DNA of 64,000 bases from Anthoceros angustus. Taxonomy: Eukaryota; Plantae; Anthocerotophyta. Positions 50,161 to 64,000 of the stretch are shown here, piece after piece; the first letter of the stretch is position 1, and each line of letters starts with the position of its first letter. The translations under genes and the position numbers were made by a program. The stretch covers positions 236,952-300,951 of the forward strand of contig VJWM01000222.1 of assembly GCA_010909165.1 (NCBI GenBank), read 5' to 3'. The notes beneath the pieces are model-generated. The model ran no database searches, was not told the origin of the DNA, and saw only the letters and a program-made list of their open reading frames with translations.

Positions 50161-53100
50161 AACGCTGGACACTCTCTCTAATCCCAAGAGCTGCGAAGAT
50201 GTTAGGCCGACAGACCAAGATGATGGAGATCCGCAGCATGTGGTGGCTGATGGTGGCTTTGACAAGCGGGTGATCGTCCCGAGTATGGGATGCCCAGCAT
50301 TGAGCACATATGTCGGGGACAGAGGTCCAAGGACATCCGGGAAGACTCAAACTCTCCTATTTGTCCAAACATTTGATCAGCCATTGAGCACGCTGAGCAA
50401 GAAAGAATTCGCCAGGCCCAAGTATCAATGGCGTGATGGGCATTTGCCGAGGAGGCTGACCAATGGGCTGGAACGATTGGTGCCACCACCGATAGGGAGC
50501 AGCTGATCCGCCGAGTGCACGACATGGGCCATTTTGGAGTCAAGCGACTTACGCTTGCTCCTCCCACATTTCCATTGGCAAGGGATGTACGCCCAAGTCA
50601 AACACAGTGGCCTGCAAGGATCGACATGTGGTGAAGACCTCCTTCACCATCCGTAACCCTCACTGCACCTTTGCCTATCATGGGACCGTTCTTTAGGTGG
50701 TCTTGTGACTTGTTGGGTGAACTACCCAAGACACCACGAGGGAACGTACATTCTCGTCATGATGGAGCACTTCTCCAAGTGGGTAGAGGTGGTGGCTCAC
50801 GACAAGAGCTCCAAAAGCACCGCCGTGCCTTTCTTCAAATGTGCCGAGTCGCTTTGGGAGTCGAGTGCTTGACGGATCGTGGTCCGAATTCGAGGGAATT
50901 CCAAGACCGCTAGACGCAGCTACCATCGACCATCGCAGACCAGCCGAGACCATCCTCGGGATGGCCCAACGGATGGCTGTACCATCAAGAAGGGTCTAAG
51001 GAAGCTCGCCTTCAAATGCCAAAGAGAGTGGACTTGGCTCTTCCTTACATCGCCATGGCTACCGTATGAGTCGGCATGCCTCCTGGCACATTTCAGTCCC
51101 TACTTGCTGCTTTGGGAGGGAACCCATGCCGCCTAGCTCAATTGCCAAGCAACTCTATGAGGTAGTGGATCCGATGATCCAAAGAATTTGGGCAACATTA
51201 GTCAGGTTGCCATTGAGCGGCAAGCCATGCCGATGGCCATGGCTAATTTGAGGATTGCCCAACATCGGGACACCCTTAGATATGCCCACACTGCAGCCGC
51301 GCCTGCACCCAAGCTCAAGAAATTTCTGTGGGACTTTGTTTACTTGCAAGTGGAGACACCTTGACACCACCACCACGACATGTGCTTAGTTCGTGAGGTC
51401 AAGGAGAATGGTGTGCTAGTGCTACAAGGATGGACGTACCACCAAGGATCACATGAAAAATTGTGCGCCTTGCCATTTGCCCAACTCGATCCAACCATTG
51501 TCACCGTGATTGGGTACCTCCGCTGATTACCCATGCGCGACGGGAGGATGACGACTGATGTCAGGCGACCACCGCAACGGATACCACCTATTTTGCTTGG
51601 TACCGCCTCTCTCCGAGGTGCGTGGTACAATGTGTCGCCTCCGGCAGCCTCAAAGATTGGGCACACAAGCTTCAATGGCTGGGGTAGGAGATGCTCTCAA
51701 AGATATTTGTTCTTTGCAAGGGGACCTTGTGGGACTCATACTGGATCGCCAAACTTTGGCCCATTCGCAGCTTCCCGAATCACGGAGTGATGATAAGTGG
51801 GAGGAGGCAAGGAAGCGCAACCAGATCACTATGGGACATGGCGCCATAGCCGATCGCGGGACATGGCTGACACAGTTAAAATTGCCGGAGGATCGCTCAT
51901 TTTGGGACATGGCTCCCACCGGACCGGGATCGTTCTGAGGCGGCGCCCCATAGTCCTCAAGCTGGATTGGTGGAGTTGCCCGGACAAGCTCATACTGGAC
52001 ACCGTAGTCCCAAACTTTCACGCTCACGATACCGCCGAGGTTGCCAAGACCGGCCTGACATGGACATGGCCCCACACCGACAGCGGATCGCCCCACTGGG
52101 GACATGGTAGTCCCAATAACCGGGATAGCCGACCGGGCCCAGGCGGGACGGGCGCCCCACATGGACCGGGACTGCCGCAGCCACCAGCCCAACGTCAAGA
52201 CACAAGAACTAAGGTACACATGCAAAGAATGTGAACTCGATGTATGCTTGCTTTTATATACTACGCTTGGTTAGGCATTTTCATTAACCAAGGACATGAA
52301 AACATATCCTTTATTTTGATTGGCCCATAGTCCAAGGATTCATTTCTTTAAATACTAGTTATAGGAAATAGATCCGTTATGAACGGATAACTAGGTAGGC
52401 TAGAAAAGCCACTTAGTTTAGGTGTGAAACCAAACCGACCCAACCCAAACAAGGCACCGATCAACGTGGGAGGAGCACCACCAAGCGTGAGGGTTGCTTG
52501 CATCATGGCGCAAACATCAGCTGGGAATCGAGCCGGGCGGAGCGTGGAGATGATGGCGAGCGGAATGAGGACCGTGGGGCAAGGAATGAGGGTAGTCTTC
52601 AAATCGCCTCGAGCCACTGTTAGGGAGGAAAGCACTTTGTGAACCCTTGCAACTGGAAATCCAAGATCGATTAGATCTGGTGTTTTTGCTCAGCCTTCCT
52701 ACAAGGCGGCTCGAAGTTCTCAACAAGAAACTCGGCTGGCCAAGAAATCTTCAAGAAATCTCGTGATTCTCGCCATTGCGGATCCTTTTAGGAGCAGTAT
52801 GCTCCCAAAGATATTTTGTTCTTTGCAAGGGGACCTTTGTATGACTCATACTGGACTGCAAACTTTGGCCCCATTCAAAGCAGAGCCCCGACACGGAGTG
52901 ACGATAAGTGGCTGGCAGGGTGGCAGCTGCAATTGGACTGCCCCAGATGGGACATGGTGGCCCCATAGCGATCGGGGACCCCATTGGGACAAGGCAGCCT
53001 CAAATGGGATCGCCGGACTGCCCCAGCTTTGGGACATGGCCCACATGGGATCGCCAGATCGTCCTATGGGACAAGGCACCCATAGTCCTCATTAAGATTG

Positions 53101-56100
53101 GTGGAGTTGCCCCGGACAAGCATACTGGGACACCGTAGTCCCAAACTTTTCACGCTCACGACAAGAAGGGCATGGGTGTGGAAACCCATGACGCCTCCCG
53201 CCTCCTCCACATTGGGCCCTCCCACCGGTGGGTGTTGTCAAGTTGAACAGTGCACCGCCTTGTCCCCTCGTAGGCATAGGGAGCCGTGAAAGCTCACTAG
53301 GTGGAAGGGTCGCCGCCCGCCCCGCATGTTGGTGCGGTACTAAGGTGCACGCCGCACTGCACAGCCCGTGGCCGATGCCAAGGGTCCAACACGGAGAGCT
53401 TGAGAGTGGGGTCCCGAGAAAAGCGGGTGACCACCAACTCTAGCAAAGGTTGAGGGGCCGTTGGTCCAATAGTTTCGCAGCGATGAGCGAACCGCCAACT
53501 CGATAAAGATCTATGAGCAAGGGCGTGCCTACGCCGCCGGATGATGGCCATGTCTTGGCGAACTTGTACCGAGTGTCCACCGCCGAGGTGTTCTCTCCAA
53601 ATAGTAAGCAATGGCTGAAGTGGCTGAACATCCACCAAGATGCGTGAAGGTCCCAAAACATGTTCGCGGGTCTTGTAATCCTCCTGTGTCGGCTTGAGAA
53701 AATCCTCGCATTCCCATCCCGCAATCACGGCGGATGGGGCTGGAGCTGAATGTGGCGGCAACACTGGATGTCTTGGGCATCAGAAAAGGTGCCCGATAGC
53801 ATTGGCGGAAGTAGTGAAGGGAATCACGTCACAGCCTCCCCGAAGGAAAAGCAAAGAATGCATTGCGCCTTGGGACAATGGTCACAATAAATGTAACGAT
53901 CGACCAAGATGCCATTCAGAAAAAGGGCCTCTGCACCAGGCAATGCCCCCAGGCCCAAAGAAAGTAATGCCGAGGTGGCGCTCACCACGTGATGATCCGC
54001 CGGCTCATTGTGGTGGAAGGTGCAGCTCCCGCCCAAGGGGAGTGCTGCAGAGCTTGCTGCACTGTGGAAGAGCTTGCTGAACCAGCCTGGACACTTTGAA
54101 TGATGGTGGAGTGTCTCCTAGCAGTCACGTGATCAAAATGGTCGGCCTCGTGATCTCGATCCAAGTCGCAAGCTCCAAGATGTCACCAAATGCCGGGCCG
54201 CCGCCGAGCACTGGGACAACCTCAATGGTCGCCATAAGGACTGAGTAGCCAGGACAAAGGGCGACTTTGTCCAATCCGCCATGCAGTATTCAAGGAAAGT
54301 GCGCCACTTGTCGACCTCCACTACGCCAATCGGAGTAGTGAGCTTGCTCGCCCAATTGTCCACGCTGATGCCGGTGGAAACAAAAACCCCGTCCGAGAAG
54401 GACATCAGAAGTTAGCGCCGTGACAAGGCAATGAATGGCCAATGTCATGGCAGCTGGCCGTCCTGCTTGAGCGTGATGGCTGCTGGCTGAACAGCTCTCC
54501 CACACACAGTTCCATAGCTGCAGAGGCTGCCCGATGTTCCTGTGGTGAATGGCGGAGTGTCGCCTCGCAAGTTCAACCTCAAGTAGAGCCTTGCCAATGA
54601 TCACGATCACTGCGCTCCTCGTGGTCCAAGAGCACAAGCTTGGGAGCATAGCCATTCACCGTGACATGGCCTTCCTATTGTCCACTCATGGCATTGCTCA
54701 CTGCAAGACATTCATGCGACAGGGCTAAATGCGGGGGTGCTCCCGAGTAGCTACTGGAAGCATAGGTGCGCCGCTCCCAAGTGGCTGGCCCTCCTCATGG
54801 CTGGGTGGCTCGCCTGCCACTCCCACCATCGAACATGGTCCATGGTGGTGGGCAATACCCACCAAACGCCGTAAGGCTGCCCATGTGGGATCCACTCACT
54901 GCTGTAGTGTGGGATCGCGAGGCCCGATGATGGGCTTCTCCTCAGTCCTTGGCATGGAGTCAAGGTGTTCGCATTGGGATCAGCGGGCCCTGTGTGTGGA
55001 CTGCTGAGGGCCAAGGCCGAGATTCCTCTGAGCCCCGAGTATGGGACCGCTGAGTTCTTGTTGAGCCTCCACCGGCTGTCCCGAGTATGGGACTGAGAAT
55101 CCCAATGCTGGGGCCCTCTCGCCCACCTCGCTAGTGGAGCACCTGCTCGCAAAATTTGGAACGGTCAGACTCCGACCATCCCAAGGAACCCAATGTTCCT
55201 GCAGTTGGAGCTTAGAGTGGCTATGACCTTGACCTTGTCGGATCAACCTCTATACCGTGTTCTCGAAAATTCATGTCCCAACAGATGATTCCTTCCGACA
55301 TGCCAAATAGCACTTTTCTCGATGCAAACATAACTGCAGTGGCTCGACATCGCTCCACACTCCGGTGCATACTAGATGGTCCTTCACAGCCCAAACACGC
55401 AAAAGTCGCCCAAGAAAACTTCCATAAAGTCCCCGAGGAAGTCCTTGAAGATCTTGACGATGGTTCGATGAAAGACCCAGCGCCTCACAACCCGAATGCA
55501 CCGCTTGTAGGCATATGCTCCTATGTTGGCCACACGCTTCCCGGAGATGCAGCTGGTTATAGCCTAAATACCCATCTAAAAAGGAATACGCCATCCCACG
55601 ACTGCATCCAAGGATGTTATCGATGAAGGCAATGGGAAATGATCCTTTTGGTGACCTTATTCAACCTTCGCTAGTCTTGGCAACCCCGAATCTTTCCCCG
55701 GGTCGCTCTTCGGGACCACTACACGGAGCCACCCATTCGGTATTGACTATAGGATAGATTACATCCGCTTGAGATACTACCAACTCGATCCTTTGACCTT
55801 CAAGGGAGTACTGATTTAACTTGTAATCATGGAATCCTCATCGGATTGCTCCCGTGTTCCAAGTCGATCCTATGTTCACCCCACTCCTTGGGAATACCTT
55901 CATATCGGCCACCAAGGCAAAGACATCAATGAATTGCAAGTGCTTTCATCCCTCTTCAAGCACTTCATCCATTGTTCTGAGAATTTGAGTACTTTCCCGA
56001 AGAACCTCAACATCCTTAACCTCATCTCCACTCCATTCACGCCCATCGGTGCGGAACTCGATTCCAAAACCCTTCTTCCGTTCCCTATTCTTCTCGCATG

Positions 56101-58020
56101 CCCCACTTTCAAACAGATCCTCCGAGGTGAAACGCGTGAGGCCTGCTTTCTTCCTCATCCGCTTGTTCCCGCTTCTCCCTCCTTCATCAAATTCCCAGCA
56201 GGTTATTACCCCATAAACAATTGATTGATCGCAAGGAATATCTCGCGATAATCCTGCTCCTCGCCGCACCATGAGATGTGCGAAAGGAAATTTGTCTTCT
56301 TGTTCCGCTTCCCGACGTGTCTTCGGAGGTGTATCCTTCCGCTTCGCAGTCTGCCAACAGACATGTCCTTACTCCAAAGTGTTAGGCAATCCTACCTTCC
56401 TTGGTCTTAGATCCCATTCCATTGGTTTGAATCAATTCCTTTCTTCCCCATTTGAGCGCAGCATTGAGATCCATACATCCATGTTCACCAATTAAGACAC
56501 TATACCTCGCGACTTTGTGCCGATGACTACATAATCCATTAGATAGGGAATGGTTCCAATGATCGCAACACACCGCCTTCCTCCCATCGCACCATTCTCG
56601 ACATATCCGCAAACGCAAAACCTTGCCTCTGCTCGATTTCCAACCCCAATTTTTCCGCCGCTTCTCCGCACATGGTATTCACACCTGTGAGAGGTACCCC
56701 TTTATGATGACCCGCGATCTCACTGAGTTCCGCCGTCCTGGTCAACCATGGATACTAGGTTGACAAGAAGTGGTCTTGGACCCGTTTAGAAGGGCATTTT
56801 CTTGGCCGGGCTTCCTTCAATGCCCTCCTCGACCGCCGCCTATACCGTGGGTTGTCTCAAGGAGTTGTCCAATGTGATCATAAAATGCCGATCCATGATG
56901 GCCTCCGCCAAGTTAAAGGAAACACCTCGCCGCTTCTCCGCCTGAGTTTACGTTGGTTGTAGATTCCAACTGCTAGGGCTTCGAGGTACGGCTTCCTGTG
57001 TGGGTGGCGGACTGTGGGTAGCATTGAAACCGTCTCCGCCTACCACCTTGGCCTTTACCGCCTCCTCCGGATCATATCCATAACCTCTTCCCGCACGTCC
57101 GTGGAAATCCTAACCCATTTTTTCCGCTGCGCCCGGAGCTTGTAAAGTTTCTAACTATGTCCGTCAGCAATTCCTTTCCCTCGCTTTGAATTTGCACCTC
57201 GCCCACCGGAACACTCAGATCTCACACGCACTTCACTCCTCGCCGCTTGGTTCGTCCGCCAAAGTGCCGGCGCTTGGGTCCGCTCCACCGAACGCCGCTT
57301 CGCAAATTTTGTCATTTCGCTTGACGCCCGAGAACGCCCCTCATCCGACCTCGTGGTCGATCCTCCTTCCTTCTTTTCCCCCACGCCTCTTCTCCTTAGC
57401 TTTTGAGCTGCTCGACAACCATGGCGTATATGCCTCCCATACACTATCCGTGGCATCTAAACCTCTAAGCTTAGGGTCTTAACTTGGCGCCTCCCATAGC
57501 CATCAACGTTTCTACATGCATGGCATGTAATTTGGTCTGAGCAACCAACCCCGCCACCGGTGGTCACATCCTCGACTTTTTCCGGGTTTTGGCAGAGTAC
57601 GCTTCCGCCAAATGCCCTCGCCGCTTGCAATCGGTACGCTTTATCGAAATCTCCATTGCTCGAGTTGGCTAAGGCAGTATGATAGTGTCCAAGGTTGCGA
57701 GCACAGTAGCATGTGATGTTGCCTCAACCGATTATTATCACACTTTCGAACCGCCTACGCTCAGAAGAAGTTGGAGGGATACATAGTCTCTGCACACCGT
57801 TTGACTGAGATTTCCCGACTTTGGTATGTATCCTCCATGGGAGTATCTTCCTTCCTCCTCATATCCGAGTGATGCACTTGTGTTCCGCGCTTAGCCTTTG
57901 AATGACCTGGGCCACACGCTGAATGTAAGAGGTTAGCCTGTGACTCGTGATGCCTCCTTCTCTCGTGTTCCTTACCGCGTTAAGATGGAATTTCAAATTT
58001 TGCCATCATCTCCATCTTGT
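50161..58020 (+). repeat. Direct duplication of 33278-41137 (integrase-PHD, LTR-like module, family A and C fragments)
   Basis: Every ORF in the track from 33319 to 40599 recurs identically at offset +16883. Confidence 0.97.
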
Positions 58021-58299
58021 TTCCGTTGTTCCACTTTGGCCGCCACCCTGGCCCTCCTTGCTTGTTCCCGCATCCCTTTTCGCATCGCTTCTGTTTGCCC
58101 TTGCCACCTCTTTGTTGTCCCGCACCTTCATTTTTTCTTTTTCCATCTGCGCCTCTCATCTAATGACGCCTCCGAACTGCCACTGCTTCTTCCTCCGGAA
58201 CTTCTCGGAATCTTTGTGAGCTCTTCACCGATGCAAGCTTGGGCCCTGGATGAGCTTCCCAACACGCTGCCTCCATGTGACCCCATCCGCCTCCCACCC

Positions 58300-61200
58300 A
58301 AGCGGGTGATGGCTGGCGCCGCCACGCCACCGCTTCTCCTTCCCTTCCCTACATAGGCTGGGCACCTACAGGGCGCACCGCGATAGGCTGCTCCTCACAC
58401 GGTAGTTCGCCTACTACCGTGGTGATCGCCTACCCAGGTAGTCGCCACCCTGGGTAGGCTGCCTCCCACCGGGTGCCTCTTCCTAGGCACCCATGAAATG
58501 GTGGGAACTCCTCCCACCTTTGGGGTCACCCCTCCCGTGGTAGCCCTCCTCTCAGACTACCATCCGGCCCTCCTCGGCCGGACCTTGCTCCTCCTTCCCT
58601 TGCTCTGGGGAAAGGCCACCGGCAACCTCGTTGCCTCTACTTCTTCCGCCTTGGCCCCGGCGAGGTGGCCTCCCATCGTCTTCCTCAAAGCGAAGGCAAA
58701 GGCCTCTCTAAGCTTGGCCGGAGGTGAATTATTTCCAAGGATGCCAAGCATCCTCCGCTCTCTTCGGTGAGGAGCCCTCGGTCTCCCACAAATGCACCAA
58801 ATAGGTCTTTGATAATAGGCCTTGGCCCTTCCTCATCCGAATTTGGCCTAAGGAGCTTCTCCTGTGATGGATGTAGGCCTCATACATGATGGTGCCCCAA
58901 TCCGGCTTGGCTCCTCTCGAAATCTTCCACAAAATTGAAGGAAGTTAGTGCAAATAAGAAGTCCGGCTCCACCTGTTAATTGGTCTTGTAGAAAACAAGC
59001 AGCCATATCACTTTCATCAATGTAAGTACAAGGTTCTCACCGAAGCCACAAAAGAGGCTGAATGGGAAAGGAAGCTATGTGAGGATCTGGGTATGACGCA
59101 GAAGGGCCAACAATACTTAATGATAATATGTCAAGAATTGCTTTAGCAAACTGTTCCATGCACGTAAACACATAGAGATTCAACATCACTATATTCGTAA
59201 TCTGCGAAAGGGGATAGTAAAGGTAGATGTACCAATGATTTACAACACATGGATGTCAACTAAATCCTTGCCCAAGTTTAAACACGCCCACAGAGAAGGG
59301 CTTGGATTAGTAGTAGTAGCTTTAAGGCATACAGAGATTCAATATCACTATATTCGTGATGATGTAGGGGGATAGTAAGGTATAGTATGTACCAGACAAC
59401 AAAGAGGCTACTAAATCCTTGCCTAAGTTTAAACACTCGCCCATGTAAAAGGGCTTGGATTAGTCTATTGTAGTAGCTTTATGACGCTAGACAAGTCACT
59501 CATATGGTGAGGCTTATCATCTTTGTTCCATCACTTGAAGTGGAAGTTGCTCCTCCTCCTGGATACCCAACAAGAGAAAGGCGATCACGTGAGGAATGGG
59601 TTGAGCCCCCATATCGCGCTTGACTCACAGTGCTAATGTTTCAGACTTACATGTTTGGATGTTAGGCGGATCCACCGTCGCATCAAAGCCACGAATGGCC
59701 GTGATGGCAATCGGCGGGTCACTAGGGTCAAGGACATGCTCCGTCAGAATTCGAGATGACTAATCAAGGAGACCTTCAATTTTGCCTTGGTATTGATTTT
59801 GTAAACAGGATCGGGCACAATTACTCTCCATCGAAAAATACATCAAGGAGATTATGAAAAAGTTTAACCTTGATGGTGCTCACTCCGTAGCTACACCCTC
59901 AAAGAATGGGGAGAAACTAACCAAAGACTATCTCCACAAACTTCACACGAGAAGTAGGATGTGATTGCATTACCTATGGGTAAGGCGATGCGGCTTCAAA
60001 ATGACAAGATGTGCCAACAGGCGTGGATCCCAATGCAAATAAATCTCGTAGCCAACCCATTTTGCGCTACTGGAGTTTGTAAATCACGCCTTGTCACCAG
60101 AAGGAAACACACAATCAGCAAAATTGCTCGGATCTTCAAGGTCTCACCACCCCACAGAACTTTAAAGGGTTTCTATAAACCCAAAAAGAAAGATCTAAAT
60201 CCCAACCTACTGGTGCCCCACCACCCCAATGAGCTTTCTTTTGCCTTTAACATCCAACCTTGCACCCTTGGTGCCCCACCACTCCCAAATGAGCTTTCTT
60301 TGCCTCTAACATCGCAGCCTCGACCTGGTGCCCCACCACCTGCGAGCTTTCTTTGCCTAAATACCGCCAACCTCGCACCCCGGTGCCCCACCACCACGAG
60401 CGAGCTTTTGCCTCTAAATACCGCCAACCTCGCACTGGTGCCCCACCATCCCAAAGATAACTTTAGAAGGGTTTCCATAAACCAAAAGAAAGCTTTCATT
60501 TGCTAGCGTGAGCAATCAATTGCTTTAAACTAAGAGACACTTGAATGCCGCTTGAGTCTAAGACTCCAATCAATTAGGTTTTAAACTAAGCGGACACTTG
60601 AATCGCTTGAGTCTAAGACTCAATCAATTTTCAATTGCTTTAAACTAAGCACACTTGAATGCCGCTTGAGTCTAAGACTCCAATCAATTAGGTTTTAAAC
60701 TAAGCGACACTTGAATCCGCTTGAGTCTAAGACTCCAATCAATTTTGTTTTAAACCAAGCAAACACTTGAATCTTGAGTCTAAGACTTGACTACAATCGA
60801 ACCCAAAAGGAAAAATAATAACAAAAATAACCTCCCAAAAAGAAAATAGATACCCCATGAGTGCGAGGTTGGCGACCGAAATGAAAGTGGAGTAAAAGTT
60901 TACGCTGGTGGGGCAGGGGTGCGAGGTTGGCGTTCTAGGGGGCCCCAACTTTAGTTGAGGCCTATCCTTATGGAGGAAGCTCTATGGTTATCGCCATGTG
61001 CAAGAAGTGAGGTAGTGCGACTGAGGGTGGTGGGGAGGTTGGCGTGGGGACCCCGATCCGACTTGGGCACTATATATATGTAGGGATCTCCATGGTTTTA
61101 TGGGGAAAGCTTGTTTGGAAAGATGTGTCACTCTCAAAGGATGAAGCTACACTATGAAATCCAGTGAATCCCTAGGAGTAGATCGATACGTAGGAGCTAT

Positions 61201-63228
61201 GGTGCTCGGGCATCCAACAAGAAGAGGCTGGATTTGGTTTATTGTTGAAACAACCTATCGGGAAATCGTGATTCTTGCTGAGCCAAAGCCTGTGTCTCAT
61301 CTACTAAGGTACTCTAGGAAATCGCATTCTTGCAGAGCCAAAGCCTCAAGGTGTCTCATCTACTAAGGTACTCTAGGGAAATCGCATTCTTGCAGAGCCA
61401 AAGCGCTCTCATCTACTAAGGTAGAGTACAAGGCACTCCTCGGGGCATAAGGATCTCCACAATTGAAAGCAAGGATGCGAATTCATAGGCGGGCTTGAGA
61501 CAGGCCACCAAAGTACCATGGTCGCAAAGTTACATCCTTCGGACCCCCTCGGAAGGACTAACTTGCTCGACCTCAAGGACTTGAAAAGCCAACGGACCAA
61601 GATTTGTATTTGAAGATATCCAGGAGGACTTTGTGACCACGGTGTACTTTGACACCCTCCTTAAGCGGACTATGAATTCCGTCGCCATGAGCTTTAATCG
61701 GAGCACTATGGATTTGGGACAATTTAGCTAGATTCCGCGGACTATGAATTCGGCCATGAGTTTTTAAGTCGAAAGTTGTCGACTATGGATTTGGGGACAA
61801 TTTACCGCTAGATTCCAATTTTGTGAGGGCTTTATGGTTGTTTATGTCTAGCTTCTTTTTTGGAGGTTATCTTTGTTATTCTTTATTTTTGGGTCTGTGC
61901 CGCCATGAGCTTTTGTCGCAAATTGCTGTTTTGGAGAGCTTTCCTATGGATTTGGGAACATTTACTGCTAGATTCCAATTTTGTGAGGGCTTTATGGTTG
62001 TTTTGTTTCTAGCTTCTTTTTGTAGATTATCTTTGTTATTTTTTTTTTGGGTTGTAGCTTAAGGCTAAATCGCTATTAATTTTGTGAGGGTTTTTGATTG
62101 CTAGAAATGGTTTTTATTTTTAGGTTGGGTTGTAGCTAAGGCTCCAATTTGTGAGGGTTTTTGATTGCTAGAAATGGAGGTTATTCTTTTTGGGTCATCT
62201 TTGTTATTTTTATTTTGGGTTGGCAAAGATATTCTTTATTTTGGGTTGGGTTGTAGCTTAAGGCCAATCGCTCTTCAGATTTTGTGAGGGTTTTTGATTG
62301 CTAGAAATGGAGGTTATTCTTTTTTTTGGGGTCATCTTTGTTATTTTTATTTTTGGGTTGGGTTGTAGCTTAAGGCTCCAATCGCTCTTCGAGTTTTGTG
62401 AGGGTTTTTGATTGCTAGAAATGGAGGTTATCTTTGTTATTTTTATTTTTTGGGTTGGGTTGTAGCTTAAGGCTCCAATCGCTCTTTAGTTTTGTGACGG
62501 TTTTTGATTGCTAGAAATGGATGTTATTTTTATTTTTTGGGTATTGTAGCTTAAATTCCAATCTTCTTCGTGAGTTTTGTGACGGTTTTGATTGCTAGAA
62601 ATGGAGGTTATTCTTTTTTGGAGGTGTTATTTGTGGAGGTTATTCTTTTTTTGGAGGTCATCTTTGTTATTTGTTATTTTTCGGTTGTAGCTTAAGGCCA
62701 ATCGCTCTTGAGTTTTGTGAGGGTTTCTTGATTGGGTTGTAGCTTAAGGCTCCAATCGCTCTTTAGAGTTTTGTGAGGGTTTCTTGATTGCTAGAAATGG
62801 AGGTTATCTTTGTTATTTTTATTTTGGGTTGGGTTTCTTATTTTTTATTTTTGGGTTGGGTAGCTTAAGGCTCCAATCTCTTCAATTTTGTGAGGGTTTT
62901 TGATTGCTTTGTTTCTAGCTTCTTTTTGGGAGGTCATTTTTGTTTCTTTGTTTTCCTTTTGGGTTGGATTGTAGAAGGTTCTAGTCTCCTTGTGGATTTC
63001 ACCTCGAGTCTGGGTCACTCGCTTGCCTATACGCCAAACGCAAGAAGTTAGATGACAAGTCACCATTAATTTTTCTAGACTACTCTTCATGGATTGTAGC
63101 CAAGGTTCTAGTCTCCTGTGTATTTGAGCGACACGCGACAATTGTACCAAGCATGCTACAAAGAGGAGATTGACGTGCCCGATTAGGGAGATCCGCCATA
63201 GAAACGGTATAAGAAACTTGGTTAATTA
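58300..63228 (-). repeat. Inverted, indel-rich copy of about 22440-27420 (accessory ORF remnant and tandem repeat series)
   Basis: For example AKPDWGTIMYEAYIHH (ORF 58729..58932 minus) vs AKFDWGTIMYEAHIHH; the satellite is at about 62030-62970. Confidence 0.9.
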
Positions 63229-63501
63229 TGTAACGTTAGGAACGTAGGCATTGGCAGAATTAATCCTAATTAGCGGATAGATAGGAATATTAATCCTAAT
63301 TAGCGGATAGGTAGAAATAGGGTAAATAGTGGTTACATGAACAAGAAACGTGCTCAATTTCTAGGCCAAACGGAAACTGCTCTGTCACAGGTGTAAGTCG
63401 AAGACCAAAGGCACAAGCAGCCCACTTCGTGAGCTCCTTCTAGCGTAAACCAAGACTATGTCCCGGAAGATCCGTCACATAGAACTTGATCGGACGCTAC
63501 A
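63229..63501 (+). repeat. LTR of family B
   Basis: TGTAACG start, about two 30-bp units, ends CTACA, followed by a PBS. Confidence 0.7.
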
Positions 63502-63503
63502 TT

Positions 63504-63514
63504 TGGTATCGAGC
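63504..63514 (+). promoter_or_regulatory. PBS TGGTATCGAGC (family B)
   Basis: Direct reading, 2 nt after the terminal CA; leader homologous to 17243-17500 follows up to about 63780. Confidence 0.75.
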
Positions 63515-64000
63515 AAGAGAATCGACCGCAGAAGCGTGAGGTCCACAACGTGAGTCAATCACCGGAACCGCAAGAGACGTAATTCCAGCTCCCCGGCTGT
63601 GATCCGATTCGGATGTATGAGTGAATTGAGGCTCATGAGGTAGTTCGCACTGGGCATACCTTGAGTTCTCACATCTCCGAATCTTCGTGCACTCTGGAGA
63701 CCATCCCAACCCACATCCCGCAAGGAGACCACCGTAGTTACGACATGGGAGACCGCGCGCACAAAGGGCCAGCCAATGGATACACAAGTCGCTTGTCGCC
63801 TCGCTACTTTATGCACAACTACCTGGGCGGCTGACTCATAAACTTAAGCATTATGCAGGTCAATTAAATAATAAACAATTAAATAATTACATCTTGTCAA
63901 GGAAGTTGCTTGTATATATGCTATATATGTTCTTGTAAGTCCAACTTAAATTATTATGAAAAGGTGTGCCTATTGATGGAACGACGTAACCCTAATGAAA

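Noticed and set aside
63950-64000. Telomere-like aaccctaa near the window end
   Set aside because: Single occurrence with no array.
1-64000. tRNA, rRNA, prokaryotic operons, defence systems or diversity-generating retroelements
   Set aside because: None was recognisable. All RT motifs are Ty3/gypsy type and the tRNA-like matches are 11-13 nt PBS sites.

Overview
This is eukaryotic, plant-like DNA (probably a non-seed land plant or streptophyte; this is inference from retroelement lineages). It is made almost entirely of nested and fragmented Ty3/gypsy LTR retrotransposons. I found no intact cellular gene, RNA gene, CRISPR array or prokaryotic operon. Four element types are distinguishable. 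(A) A family with a YIDD-type RT whose integrase ends in a PHD finger, in two diverged copies (pol about 150-2900 on minus; gag-pol about 28250-34770 on plus). (B) A chromovirus-like family with a 264-bp TGTAACG...CGTTACA LTR and a Met-like PBS. (C) An Athila/Tat-type family with a tRNA-Asp-like PBS. (D) A lone gag remnant. The same segments recur in both orientations: a roughly 7.4-kb fold-back palindrome centred near 19650, an apparently exact 7.86-kb direct duplication (33278-41137 and 50161-58020), a roughly 5-kb inverted copy at the right end, a 217-bp tandem amplification of an RT core, a perfect 91x30-bp array inside one LTR, and many junctions at 5-12 nt microhomologies. Reading frames are broken by dense small indels while catalytic motifs are conserved. 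Together this most resembles an uncorrected long-read assembly of amplified (MDA-type) DNA, although real template-switching rearrangement is not excluded. The most biologically interesting signal is the integrase-PHD fusion. Most boundaries are read by eye and are approximate.
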